DNA of 64,000 nucleotides from Nemertoderma westbladi (Eukaryota; Animalia; Xenacoelomorpha): contig JAUCBJ010000459.1 of NCBI GenBank assembly GCA_032718475.1, positions 1,827-65,826 on the forward strand, given 5' to 3'. The notes beneath the pieces are model-generated. The model worked only from the letters and a program-made list of their open reading frames with translations, did not search any database and had not been told where the DNA came from. Numbering within the stretch: position 1 is the first letter of the stretch; each line of letters begins with the position of its first letter. Made by a program: the position numbers and the translations under genes. Positions 1-11,900 of this stretch are shown here, piece by piece.

Positions 1-2384
1 CATTGGATAGGCGAACATTTCTTACAGTGAAAGTATTTTCATACCTATTATAGTTTTAGAGATAGTCAGACATGAGTTGAAAAAATTGGAATTTTTTTTG
101 GTAAAGTCTGATTTTATCGGTACCTGTCATCCAAAATATGGGTTATGATATATCGTTGGATGCGGGTCCCCTAACTGTACAATCACATTTTTTCAAAAAA
201 AAAATTCGATCAACGGTTCTCGAAATATTATCGAATTACCGGAAGCTGACTTTGGACGACTATATCTCCGGTACCGGTAGGCCTATTGAGTTGAATTTTG
301 TTTTAACTTACTCAGAACGGTCCAGTGAATGTTTCTTATTTATAAATTTTTGTCTGAAAATGCATACATCAGATTTCTTAAAAACTGATCTTTTGCGATC
401 ATGATCTTTTGACCCTCTAGAATTGAACTTTTTTATGCCCAAATTTTGGCTACCCCCCTAATTCGAGGGTGAGGAATCTTTTTGTGATGTTAAGTTTTTC
501 CATACGGTAAACTCACAGGACTTGCTCTTTGAAATAAAACCGAAAACACGATCTTTCCTGATCGCTGCCTGATCAAATCACTTTTAGGAAATTTCGAAAT
601 ACTCAAAAGTTGCCCCTTCCTAATAGAAGTCGATTAGTAAAAAAAAAATCGGGGGTCTCAAACAAAGTTTTCGAGAAAATTTGAAAAAACCGAAAAACGC
701 GATCTTTTACGATCAGGTAGCATATCTCGAGATCCGGTTGTCCGATCGAGCCAATTTTTTTTTTAATCAACTCAGAATGGACCAGTAAACATTTCTTACA
801 ATGAATGTTTATTAGAAAAATGATTAGATTAGATTTTAAAAGTACTGATCTGTTCGCGATCATGATCTTGAGTTTTGACCCACTAGACTTGAACTTTTTT
901 ATGCCCAAATTTTGGCTACCCCCCCTAATTCGAGGGTGAGGAATCTTTTTGCGATGTTAAGTTTTTCCATACGGTGAACTCACAGGACTTGCTCTTTGAA
1001 ATAAAACCGAAAACACGATCTTTTCTGATCACGGCCTGATCAAATCGCTTTTTGAAAATTTCGAAATGCACAAAAGGTGCCCCATCACCATAGAAGTCCA
1101 TTCGTAAAAAAAAAATCGGGGGTCTCAAACAAAGTTTTCGAGAAAAATCTAAAAAACTAAAAAAACACGATCTTTTATGATCAGGTATCAGATCTCGAGA
1201 ACCAGTTGTCCGATCGAGCCAATTTTTTTTTTAATCGACTCAGGGCGGTGCCCCGAAGGTTTCTTACAGTAATTGTTTAATCCGAAAGTGCTTAGTTACG
1301 ATTTTATTAAAGTCCGATCTTTGCCGATCATGATCTTGAGTTTTGACCCACTAGACTTGAACTTTTTTATGCCCAAATTTTGGCTACCCCCCCTAAGTCG
1401 AGGGTGAGGAATCTTTTTGTGATGTTAAGTTTTTCCATACGGTGAACTCACAGGACTTGGTCTTCAAAATAAAACCGAAAACACGATCTTTTCTGATCAC
1501 GGCCTGATCAAATCGCTTTTTGGAAATTTCGAAATGCACAAAAGGTGCCCCTTCACCATAGAAGTCGATTCGAAAAAAAAAAATCGGGGGTCTCAAACAA
1601 AGTTTTCGAGAAAATTGAAAAAAACCAAAAAACACGATCTTTTTCGATCAGGAAGCATATCTCGAGAACCGGTTGTCCGATCGAGCCAATTTTTTTTTTA
1701 ATCGACTCAGGGCGGTGTTCTGAAGGTTTCTTACAGTAATTGTTTATATCCAAAATGTTTAGTTACGATTCTATGAAGTCCGATCTTTGCGCGATCCGGA
1801 TCTTGCGTTTTGATCGGGAAGACTTTACTTTTTTTAAAATTTTTTAACGGGAATCATAACTAATGTGGGGTCGCTGAATCTTTTTGTGATTGAACTTTTT
1901 TCCATAGGAGCAACCCTTGAGTGTCCGATCTTTGATCAAAACCGATCTTTGCCGATCGCCGCCAAGATCTTGATCGGAAACATTGTAACTTTTTCATGTG
2001 CCTTAAAACCCTATACTGTCTACATAATGGCGTTGGTCCCAACTTCGCAGCGTTAGCGGTTCTTGAGATTTTTGCATAGCAACGGCAGTTGCCAAGGAAC
2101 ACGTTTTTTCGCCTCAAATTGGCCCTAGCCGGAGAACCGTCGAGATTCACGAGTCGCCGAGTTTCACTAAAAGTCTTGTAATTAAATTTTGGGGGGGGGT
2201 CTAGGAACATTTTATTGGTGGTTTTGGCCTAGTTCTCGAGATAACCTTCTACTCTCTCAAAAAGGCTATCTCTAATTTTCCGAAGCCAGTTCAGTTAGGT
2301 CGCCGTCGAAGGGATCGCGGCCAGAGTGATGTTAGTAGTCCTACGGACATTATACCTTGCTGGCGGAACGGCCCATACATCCAG
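1..2384 (-). mobile_element. Terminal part of a Helitron-like array member (truncated by the window edge), made of ~467-bp modules and ending at junction J1
   Basis: Near-identical to 52790-55091 and 56900-59284; ends with GTAGTCCTACGGAC...GGCCCATACATCCAG (2335-2384). Confidence 0.75.
390..1975. repeat. ~467-bp tandem modules, 3 copies plus a degenerate fourth, rich in GATC/TCGA and A/T tracts
   Basis: ATGCCCAAATTTTGGCTACCCCCC at 435, 901 and 1369. Confidence 0.9.
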
Positions 2385-2497
2385 GGGAAAAACCAGTGGG
2401 CACTCTCTATAGCCGAGTGGGGCACTTGTTACCACATCCGTAGCGTACCACAGCCATAGTGTACCACCTACCTGTAAGGAGCAGGAGGAGAAGCAAC

Positions 2498-2752
2498 AGG
2501 GGTCGTCGCTCGAAAAGGGCCAGAGCCCGATGTATGGGATCACATGTGTATTGCAGTACAAGCAGTGTTTGCGACGCTTCCTTTACAACACATCTGCATC
2601 GCTTGTAAATCCGTTGCGGTTAGGGGTCGTTGCTCGAAAAGGGCCAGCGCCCGATGTATGGGATCACATGTGTATTGCAGTACAAGCAGTGTTTGCGACG
2701 CTTCCTTTACAACACATCTGCATCGCATGTAAATTATCCGTTGCGGTTGGGG
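2498..2752. repeat. 124-bp direct tandem duplication
   Basis: GGGGTCGTYGCTCGAAAAGGGCCAG at 2499 and 2623. Confidence 0.9.
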
Positions 2753-3179
2753 ACCGCGTGTTAGTTCGGTTGGCGACCGAATTTTAAAAAAGCAAGCTTA
2801 TTGGTTTTATAATTATTAGTGTGTTTTCAAAGCATCTGCCCATTGCATTGGAATTATCAGTTGCTGTTCACCACCAATTATTTCTTTGGTTGGCAACCGT
2901 CTTGAAAGAAAGATGTTGTTTATATATAGTGATGACTGATCTAATAATAAACAACATGCAAGCTTGTTATATTATTTTGATGCCTTGAAATTATACTGCA
3001 GCAAGTCCCACCCACAAGTAAGGAAAGTGGGGGGGGGGGGGGTCCCCCCCCCACTACACCCCCCCCCCTCGAACCTAAAAGTCACTGTATATGGGGCTCG
3101 GTCGCTACGCTCCCTCGCCAAACAGTTTTAACATCAGGTTCAATCCTACACTGTAACATAGACTATATCTCAAGGAAAA

Positions 3180-4720
3180 AATTTTTTTTTTCCCATCTCT
3201 TTTCCAGGGAAACTATAAGACTCGAAGGCTCGAAATAATTATTGGGGATATTGTTTTTCATCCTCTACACGTTGCAAGTGGTCCCGAAGCCGTATCTATC
3301 TTGGTTCTTGAGATATTGATGAATTTGATAATTTTCACCGCCGGTGTCTCACCGGATAACGGTGCATCGACATTGCCCAAAACTGTTCTCGCGCACTCCT
3401 CGGACCATTCTAGGGGGTGTCTACACACATGTCTAGTATGAAAAAGTTGATAGAAATCGAGATTTTTGATGAAAAAAAAATATTTTTTTTCCGCTTTTTT
3501 TCCGTTTTTTTTCCGGAAAAAAATTCCAAAATTTTTCATTTACGGGTTATTTACTGCTCTCTACACGATGCAACCGTCGCCTAGTCCGCAGCTATCGCCA
3601 GTTTGGCTGTAGCTCAACCCAAAAATGGAACGGTGTAATTGCGGTGCGAAAAATTTAACCGAGCCTCACCGGAGCACCGTTGAATGAAATTGGCCAAAAT
3701 CAAACACGAGCACTCCTCGGACCATTCTAGGGGGTGTCTACACACATGTCTAGTATGAAAAAGTCGATGGAAATCGAAATTTTTGAGATGGGAAAAAAAA
3801 ATTTTTCCCCTATTTTCCCGGGAAACTTGAAAACTTGAGGTCCCAAAAAAAGAATTGGTAGCCTTATTTTAGCCGCTCTATCGATTGCCGTTGACCCCGT
3901 GACCATAGCATTAGCCACTTTTTCCATTAAGCTCCCACTCAAAGGAAAAGTGGAATTCCGGCGGTAAATTTTCAATGAAGCCTCACCGGAGCACCGTCGA
4001 ATGAAATTGGCCAAAAACAAACACGAGCACTCCTTGGACCATTCTAGGGGGTGTCTACACACATATCTAGTATGAAAAAGTTGATAGAAATCGAGATTTT
4101 TGAAGAAAACAAAATTTTTTTTTTCCGCTTTTTTTCCGCTTTTTTTCCGGAAAAAAAATCCAAACTTTTTCTTTTACGGGTTATTTATTGTTCTCTACAC
4201 GATGCAACCGTCGCCTAGTCCGCAGCTATCGCCAGTTTGGCTGTAGCTCACTCGAAAAATGGGACGGTGGAATTACGGTGCGCAAAATTAAACCGAGCCT
4301 CACCGGAGAACCGTCGAATGAATTTGGCCAAAATTTTGTTGGAGCACTCCTCGGACCATTCTAGGGGGTGTCTACACACATGTCTAGTATGAAAAAGTTG
4401 ATGTAAATCGAAATTTCAGCCGGAAAAAAAAATTTTTGTTTTCCGTTTTTTTTCCGGAAAAAATTTACTTTCAGTTTTAGAAAAAAAAATTGTATATGAG
4501 ATTTTTACATCCTCTACACGATGCAATCGTCGCCTAGGCCGCAGCTATCGCGGATTTTTTTTTTTTTGGGAAAAACAATTTTCCGGTGTTTTCCGGTGTT
4601 TTTCCGGTGAAGGGTCGGACGGATCTCGGAGAAAAAAAATTGCATCCCTTATTTTTTCGTTCCGAATCTTTTCCCCCTACATTTATATTATGAAAAAATG
4701 AGCGGTTCTCGAGATAAGCT
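3180..4720. repeat. 317-bp tandem modules (4 or more diverged copies)
   Basis: CACTCCTYGGACCATTCTAGGGGGTGTCTACACACAT at 3394, 3711, 4028 and 4345. Confidence 0.9.
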
Positions 4721-4870
4721 TCTGCAATCTAAAAAAGGCTATCCCATGAGGGCGTCAGTAATCCGCCTAGACTAGTAATTGGAGCTTTCGTTGAAGCTTT
4801 AGTGGCCGAAAGAGTATACGTAGTGCATATCGCACAATACACCATACGGTTTTGAGGCCCACCCATCCAG

Positions 4871-5356
4871 TAAGCGTACCGAGAGACACTCTCTATAGCC
4901 GAGTGGGGGCACTTTATTCCCAACCCCGAAACAAACAAAATATCATAACCCTCTATCAATCAAATAATAGTTGTGGGTGAGAGCTGACGAGTATAATTTA
5001 TGGCACGAATTGGGTTCGGCTTGTGTCGCGTAATGCGGGTTTGGCCCCGATCGATATAGTAACATATTAGTAATGCAACTGCGTAAACAAACTACAAGAA
5101 GTTATGACAATGATTGAAGGATTCATATTTAGTGATATGTTACGTATGATTGTTATCTATATGTTCTAATGGGTAGATATAATTATTTTTTATTACTCTT
5201 TACTTTAAAGTGCATGCTGGGCTCTACTCTCTCAAAAATCTTAACAATTCTGAAACCAGTTCATGTAAGAGCATTGGAATGGCTGCGTTTGCATGGTTGG
5301 GTTGGTTGAGTAGTCCTACAGACATTACCTTGTCGATGTGTAACCCATATATCCGA
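4871..5356 (-). mobile_element. 486-bp mini member (J2-J3), essentially two termini joined by a short spacer
   Basis: Starts TAAGCGTACC plus hairpin 4887-4905; ends CTACTCTCTCAAAAA...CCAGTTCA...GTAGTCCTACAGAC...CCCATATATCCGA, like 2248-2384; second copy at 55092-55581. Confidence 0.6.
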
Positions 5357-5838
5357 TAAGCAACTGAGGGTGAACTCTCTAAAGCCGAGTTGGGGCACTT
5401 TATAATAATAACAAGTAATCACAAACCCCGTCCTCTTATAAGTTATCATAATTTTGGAGTAAAGAAGATGGTTTAAGTCCCAATTTATAAAGTAACATTA
5501 TTATTAATGCAACCATATAGACAAAGTGGAAGATATGGATTAATAATTAACTTATCCTTTATTAACTTATCCTTTATTAATCCTACTTACTTCAAAGTGC
5601 CAATTGTAATAATAATGAAACATTTTCCAGTTAATCCGGGTTTCACCCCATTTGATATTATACTGAGGCATTATATATTAATATAACCTTGCAAGTAAAC
5701 AAGAAATAAAGCAAATGTTTCTAATCTTAGATTTAGAGTGATTTTAGAGATTTAGAGTATAGGTATATAATATAGAATGGTAATGAAGTAAATGATAATG
5801 AGTAAGATGATAATTATAAAACATCTGGAATGCCTTTC

Positions 5839-5985
5839 CATTACTTTACAATATTTATTGTCCTCCAACCCCGCCCACCACCCTCATTACATTATAATAT
5901 TTATTGTCCTCCAACCCCGCCCACCACCCCCATTACTTTATAATATTTATTGTCCTCCAACCCCGCCCACCACCCTCATTACTTT
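5839..5985. repeat. 46-bp tandem repeat x3
   Basis: CATTAC...TTTATTGTCCTCCAACCCCGCCCACCACCC at 5839, 5885 and 5931. Confidence 0.9.
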
Positions 5986-6711
5986 ATAAGAATGGGAGAA
6001 TTTTGTACGCTCGTTAAGCCAAAGAATGCCTGTTCACCACCATGGGTAATCTTCTACAGTAAACCCTTCCACTCTTCCACATTACTTTATAACAACCCCC
6101 ATTAACAACTTACCTAGAAATTGCATTCTCCAGAATACCAATATGTAAACAAAGAGTTGATAGATGACAACTATTACCAGAATCATCTAAATATTCCATT
6201 ACATATGTTTGAAACTATAAATTGACTAATTACGAAGAAATGTTTATAAATAAAATTTAAATAAAAGATATGATAGAGATAAATTAATCAAAAAGTTAAT
6301 AAAAAGTTTCTCTTCAAACAATAATTTAATAATCACAATTAATCATATACATACATACTATAATTATATAACATACTTACCATTACTAGTATATTTAGTA
6401 ACTTGCCATCTTCGATAACTTCAAAACAACATATATCCATATTATATCATTATAATAATCACAATAATGATATAGTGATTATGAAGAAGAAGTAGCCATC
6501 ATGCTTTACAGAGACTTTGGACTCTTATGTCTTGCAATATTAATTTACATTTCTACTACCAAGTTCTATCGGAGATTGAAGATATGATAGTAAAGTAGTA
6601 AATATCACAAAGCATAGTGCATTTCCTACTTAATGTATTCTCCTCAGTGTTCTTTCCAAGTAGGCCATGTGTCCATAAAATTACCCATACCAACAAATTA
6701 TGGTGTGAAGA

Positions 6712-7015
6712 ACAAAAGACAAAAGTCAAAAGACAAAAATCAAAAGACAAAAGTCAAATCACAAATGTCAATAGACAAAAGTCAAAAGACAAAAGTCAAA
6801 AGACAAATGTCAAGTCATAAGACAAAAGTCAAACGACATAAGACAATAGTCAAAAGACAAAAGTCAAAAGACAAAAGTCATAAAACAAAAGTCAAACGAC
6901 AAAAGACAAAAGTCAAAAGACTAAAGTCAAAAGTCAAAAGACAAAAGTCAAAAGACAAAAGTGAAATAACAAAAGTCAAAAGAAAAAAGTCAAAAGACAA
7001 AAGTCAAAAGACATA
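6712..7015. repeat. Heptamer minisatellite (CAAAAGA/CAAAAGT)n
   Basis: Direct reading; a short remnant also lies at ~17090-17160. Confidence 0.9.
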
Positions 7016-7384
7016 AGTAAAAAGGATATCAACCAAAAGTCAGTTAGGTAAAAATATGAACGCCATGGGTATTGACAAAAATAAACAACCATGATAATCA
7101 CATTTATATAAATCCATCATGACATGTCATTTTGTTTTTGGCAATATTCGGTTAACCATATTTACAATTATGTTAAAAAGATAATAGAATGTCTTTAAAA
7201 CACAAAATTGATAATATGACAAGAACACTGTGTCATCAAGGAGAAACATGGTTTGGCTGGAATTGACCAAATTCCAGCCAACCCGCCTTAAAAAGACGGG
7301 TTAGGTTCTTGCCCACCCTGGATTAGAGAGAGAGAGAGTTAGCATGGTAAGAGAATTGATGGTTCAGATATATTGACAGAATGA

Positions 7385-8790
7385 CATTCTTTCCTGCCTT
7401 AATTATGCAAGCTAAAACCAAGGCACAGTACACAACTGTGTTAAATAATATTTATATATCAATTCTCCAGGCAGGGAGCATCCCCACAAACTCGCAAAGA
7501 ATTGAAAAATATTACAACCTTGATAAAGCCTCATATGTGTATAATTGACTGTGTTTATGCTAAAAGGATCTCCAGGCACAATATGGTGGAAGGAATGAAA
7601 CATGGCGCAGCATACACAACAACCATGAACAAACCAATATCCAGTCTGAATAAGGCGGGATAGTATATAATATTGTCCAGATAGTATGATGATGATCAAA
7701 GCAAATCCACTGTCAACAGACTATGCAAAAGTCCAAAATAATTAATGTTTCGACCCTGGGCGCGCAATGCTCGACCCATGGTTAAACTATAAATATTAGG
7801 ACACTTCACAAACACACAGACAGATTGAAAGATCTTGTTATTCCAGTATTCTTATCATGAGATTTTAATTCTTTCCTGCCTTAATTATGCAGGCTAAAAC
7901 CAAGGCACAGTACACAACAGTGTTAAATAACATTTATATATCAATTCTCCAGGCAGGGAGCGTCCCCACGAAACTCGCAAAGAATTGAAAAATATTACAA
8001 CCTTGATAAAGCCTGCATTTATAAAGCCTCATATGTGTATAATTGACTGTGTTTATGCTAAAATGATCTCCAGACACAATAGGGTAGATGGAATGAAACA
8101 TGGCGCAGCATACACAACAACCATGAACAAACCAATATCCAGTGATGATCAAAGCAAGTTCACTGTCAACAGACTGCAAAAGTCCAAAATAATTAATGTT
8201 TCGACCCTGGGCGGGCAATGCTCGACCCATGGTTAAACTATAAATATTAGGACACTTCACAAACACACAGACAGATTGTAAGAATTTCCTAAAATCTTAA
8301 CAATGAGAAAATGTAATGAACAACACCCGGGACAAACAAAATGTTCATCTCTAGAGTAATTGTTCTTACGAATTCTCAAAGAAAGTAGATCTTATTATTC
8401 CAGTATTCTTATCATGAGATTTTAATTCTCTCCTGCCCTAATTATGCAGACTAAAACCAAGGCACAGTACACAACTGTGTTAAATAACATTTATATATCA
8501 ATTCTCCAGGCAGGGAGCATCCCCACAAACTCGCAAAGAATTGAAAAATATTACAACCTTGATAAAGCCTGCATTTATAAGGCAGAATTCTGAATTTTAA
8601 AGCCTCATGTGTATAATGCAAAAGTCCAAAATAATTAATGTTTCGACCCTGGGCGGGCAATGCTCGACCCATGGTTAAACTATAAATATTAGGACACTTC
8701 ACAAACACACAGACAAGTTCACCAGGATTGAAAAATATTACAACCTTGATAAAGCCTAACTTAAGGCAGGATTCTGAATTTTAAGCCTGA
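7385..8790. repeat. Three diverged ~480-560 bp duplicated segments downstream of the RepHel stop codon
   Basis: CTAAAACCAAGGCACAGTACACAAC at 7412, 7893 and 8451; TTTCGACCCTGGGCG block at ~7748, 8198 and 8641. Confidence 0.85.
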
Positions 8791-8907
8791 ACAAGATGGG
8801 TTGGGTAGGGTAAGTTTGGAAAGTTGCAAGTTTGGCATAGCTGCATAAGCATAGGTACATGGCACACAGACATATTAGAAGACGAAGAAGAAACAAGACA
8901 CAGTAAT

Positions 8908-11900
8908 CTATTGGGACATTGGGATCTCGGCTTGCAAATTATCTTGAATTAACTCTTGGCATTTAACCATTGTTAGTTCAAAACGCTTTGCATTTCCTTC
9001 TGCATCAACATAAAACTCAGCATTATATTGACGCACAATCTCAACACCCATAGCATACACCTGGTCTCGTCCTTTGGTCATATCCCCACCTGCAGGTCCA
9101 GTCTCTGCCATATGATGCCACCTAGTCTCAAATCCCTTACGGTTGTCTGTATTGAGTTTACTCTTGGCGTCACCAGGAAACCCATATATGAAAGCATACA
9201 GAGACCAAGGATGTAAAACAGGATTCTTTGTAAACTCCGAACCTGTTTTATTTTGGTGACTCTGAAGTCTCATTTTCAGGTTCTCAGTTTGACCAGTGTA
9301 ATTCACATTAGGCAACCGAATGCTGATAAGCATATACACAAATCCAATTTGTGCACCAGGGATTTCCCTAAAGAAGGGTCGGAAGGGGTGATATTCAAGC
9401 ATGAGAGGTACCTGAGGGGGCCCAATAAGAATATTAAGACGTCGTAATAACTGGTCTATATAATCTTGATTGGGCGACTTCATGCTAAGCAAGATGCGGA
9501 TACAATTAAAGGCTTCATCCATCTTACCAACAAATGTAAATGTGTTGAGATACCGTACCCTCGATATTAAGGTTGTTATCTGGGTTTTTAACCATAGCCT
9601 ATACTTACTCTTGGCATCAGAGGAGATCTGTGTTGCTAAGCTTGGGGCATCTTGTCCTTGTATACCATGGACAGTACCTGCCCCAAAGTAGCGCACCGGA
9701 AACTGCACCCGTCTGCCGAGAAGATTGCTACCAAAACCAGTAGAAGAGGGAGCACAAGGCCGTTGCTTAACTTTAGCCACAGGCCAGGTACTCTCAACCT
9801 CTTCAATTTGACGACAACCTTTTGGAACAACAGCCAATTCCAAGAAATCATCACAATCAGCTGGTACTGCTTTAACAACAGACAATTGACCATTGGAAAA
9901 TTGAGGTTGTCCAGAAAGCTGATTGTATGTGAACCTAAGGATCTGGTTTAGAAATAAAACCAACTCCATTGGTTCCCGACAAGATCTCGTGATTGAACTG
10001 ATAATGCTGGGAGTGTTTGTAGGCTTCCATGAAGTAGTATTAGATGCAGTAGAACTAACCTCATCATGGCCGCTTATTACAACTGTCCCAGGCTCATTCC
10101 TATGGAGGTTTAGGTATTTCTGTAGTACCTCTTGCTCTGCAGCTCTAGTGCCAACAACCTTCAAGACATCATCAGGGACATCATCCCAACTATCAACAAA
10201 GTTACACCGCCGCTTCAATATAGCAATCACTTCATCAATAAGGTTTGGACTTGGGTTGGATCTTCGCATAATATTAATGACATATTGCAATTCTTGGTCA
10301 TTAGCACTGCGAACGTAATGCCTTGCCACACAAACAGTGAATGTTGTTAAAAAATGTGTGCTAAGCCATACAACCCTACCATCCACAGGTTCTAATTGTA
10401 GATGATCTCCACACCCAATGAAGAGTTTGCCACCGAAGGGTCTCTGTGTGTTACAGATTCGGCGTAATACCAAGTCAATAGCTGCAAGATACTCACATGA
10501 GAGCATTCCACATTCCTCAAAGAAGATAACATTCAATCTTTGGAGATATGCGAGTTTGGATGGATTCTTTGCCAGGGATAATAAGCAATCCTGGGCTAAA
10601 CAAGTGCTAGTTAATGAGCGTGAACCTCTACCAACACTGAATGGCATCAGTAGATGTAGATGTACACCACCAAGCAACCTAGCTCTCTCACTGGTAATAG
10701 CAGTTAGCTGCACATTTAAACCACGCGAGAGGCTATATGCCAGTCCCATTAGCATAACATGAGTCTTGCCAACACCAGGTGCGCCAACCAACCAAGGGGA
10801 TTTAACAAATGTTGATGATGGATGACAATAAGCATCAACAGCATTCACCAATACTTGTAGCATATTCTTTTGCTCAGCAATAGATTCCCCAGTTTGGCCA
10901 CTAGCCACATCCAGTAAAGGTTGCCACTCTAGAGGATGAGCCCGTGTAGCACGTGCTAAATCAGCCATATCTGGCAAAATCAATCCCTCCTGCCCGTATA
11001 AAGCCTCTATAAGATTGTCATGGCTGATCTCCTCTAACCTTTCTACTTCTTTCGTACCTTGCACACGAATACTATCCTCATAAAATAGAGGAATAGCCTC
11101 ATATAACAAGCCATCACCAGCAAAGAATTGCCGAATACCAGTGATTGAAAGATGTAGATAACGTTGGAATTGTGCACTACCAATAGATTGATAATGCAAG
11201 TCTCTCATGACATAGGATTTCAATAAGTCAGTGACTTCACATTCTGGCACAATAACATCATCAGATATTAGACTTGCCTTCTTGAAAGTTGTACGAATAT
11301 CCTGAACATCTAATAAATCTAGTTCAGTCTCGAAACTTCCAAGGGAATAGGCAAGGTGAAACAAGAAACGTCCCATTTGCAATGGGCTAACACTTGAGAA
11401 CACAACTATGGCAGGTTTCTTATGTTTCTCGAGCGAACTCACAAAGATCTTATGAAGTTGTCCTCTGGATATAGGTAAGAATACCTCATCCAATAACTGT
11501 CTAGCGATAACATTACCAGTTGTAGCCTTTCTTGTTAGAAATTCTACAGCTAACGGAATGCCAGAAGGTCGTAGCTTCCATAGATGGTTATTACCATCTA
11601 TCCAATAGCACTTCTTCAGATCCAAATCAATATGATAATTCTTGGCATTTCCTACAACACAAAAGCATTCGTAGAATATGTCAAGCTTATCAAAGATTCG
11701 AAGCTCAGGAGCTCTTACACTGAAAGAAGTTAAACCATCAGCAATATAATCACTCTTACCCATCTCATTGACAGTAAGAATTTGATTATTTGTGAAGTTA
11801 CGCCATTCTGGTAAACCTGGCATCATTAATCGCGTTTGAACAGCTTCAAGGACTCCTAAATGAACATCTCTTGTTTGTTGTTTCACAATGCCATGCCGGT

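Larger units (their letters stand above)
2385..4870 (-). mobile_element. Non-autonomous 2.49 kb array member (J1-J2) with a different interior
   Basis: Bounded by CATCCAG junctions; CACTC-TCTATAGCC-GAGTG hairpin at 2401-2419, GA-hairpin at 3096-3118, GTGC-ATATC-GCAC at 4823-4835; no credible ORF. Confidence 0.65.

Noticed and set aside
138-2210. Recurrent short ORFs in the terminal modules (also 52844-54460, 57040-58655, 60566-63808)
   Set aside because: They recur only because the DNA is repeated; homopolymer indels break frames between copies; no domain motifs
2338-2428. Twister or hammerhead ribozyme at the junction
   Set aside because: The loop resembles twister L4 and GTCC/GGAC resembles hammerhead stem II, but I could not find the P2/pseudoknot partners or the CUGAUGA/GAAA core
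6633-7016. Lys-rich histone-like ORF
   Set aside because: Translation of the CAAAAGW heptamer repeat
9110-9345. Penelope retroelement or host SLX1 gene
   Set aside because: No reverse transcriptase and no SLX1 RING domain; the nuclease is fused in frame to RepHel
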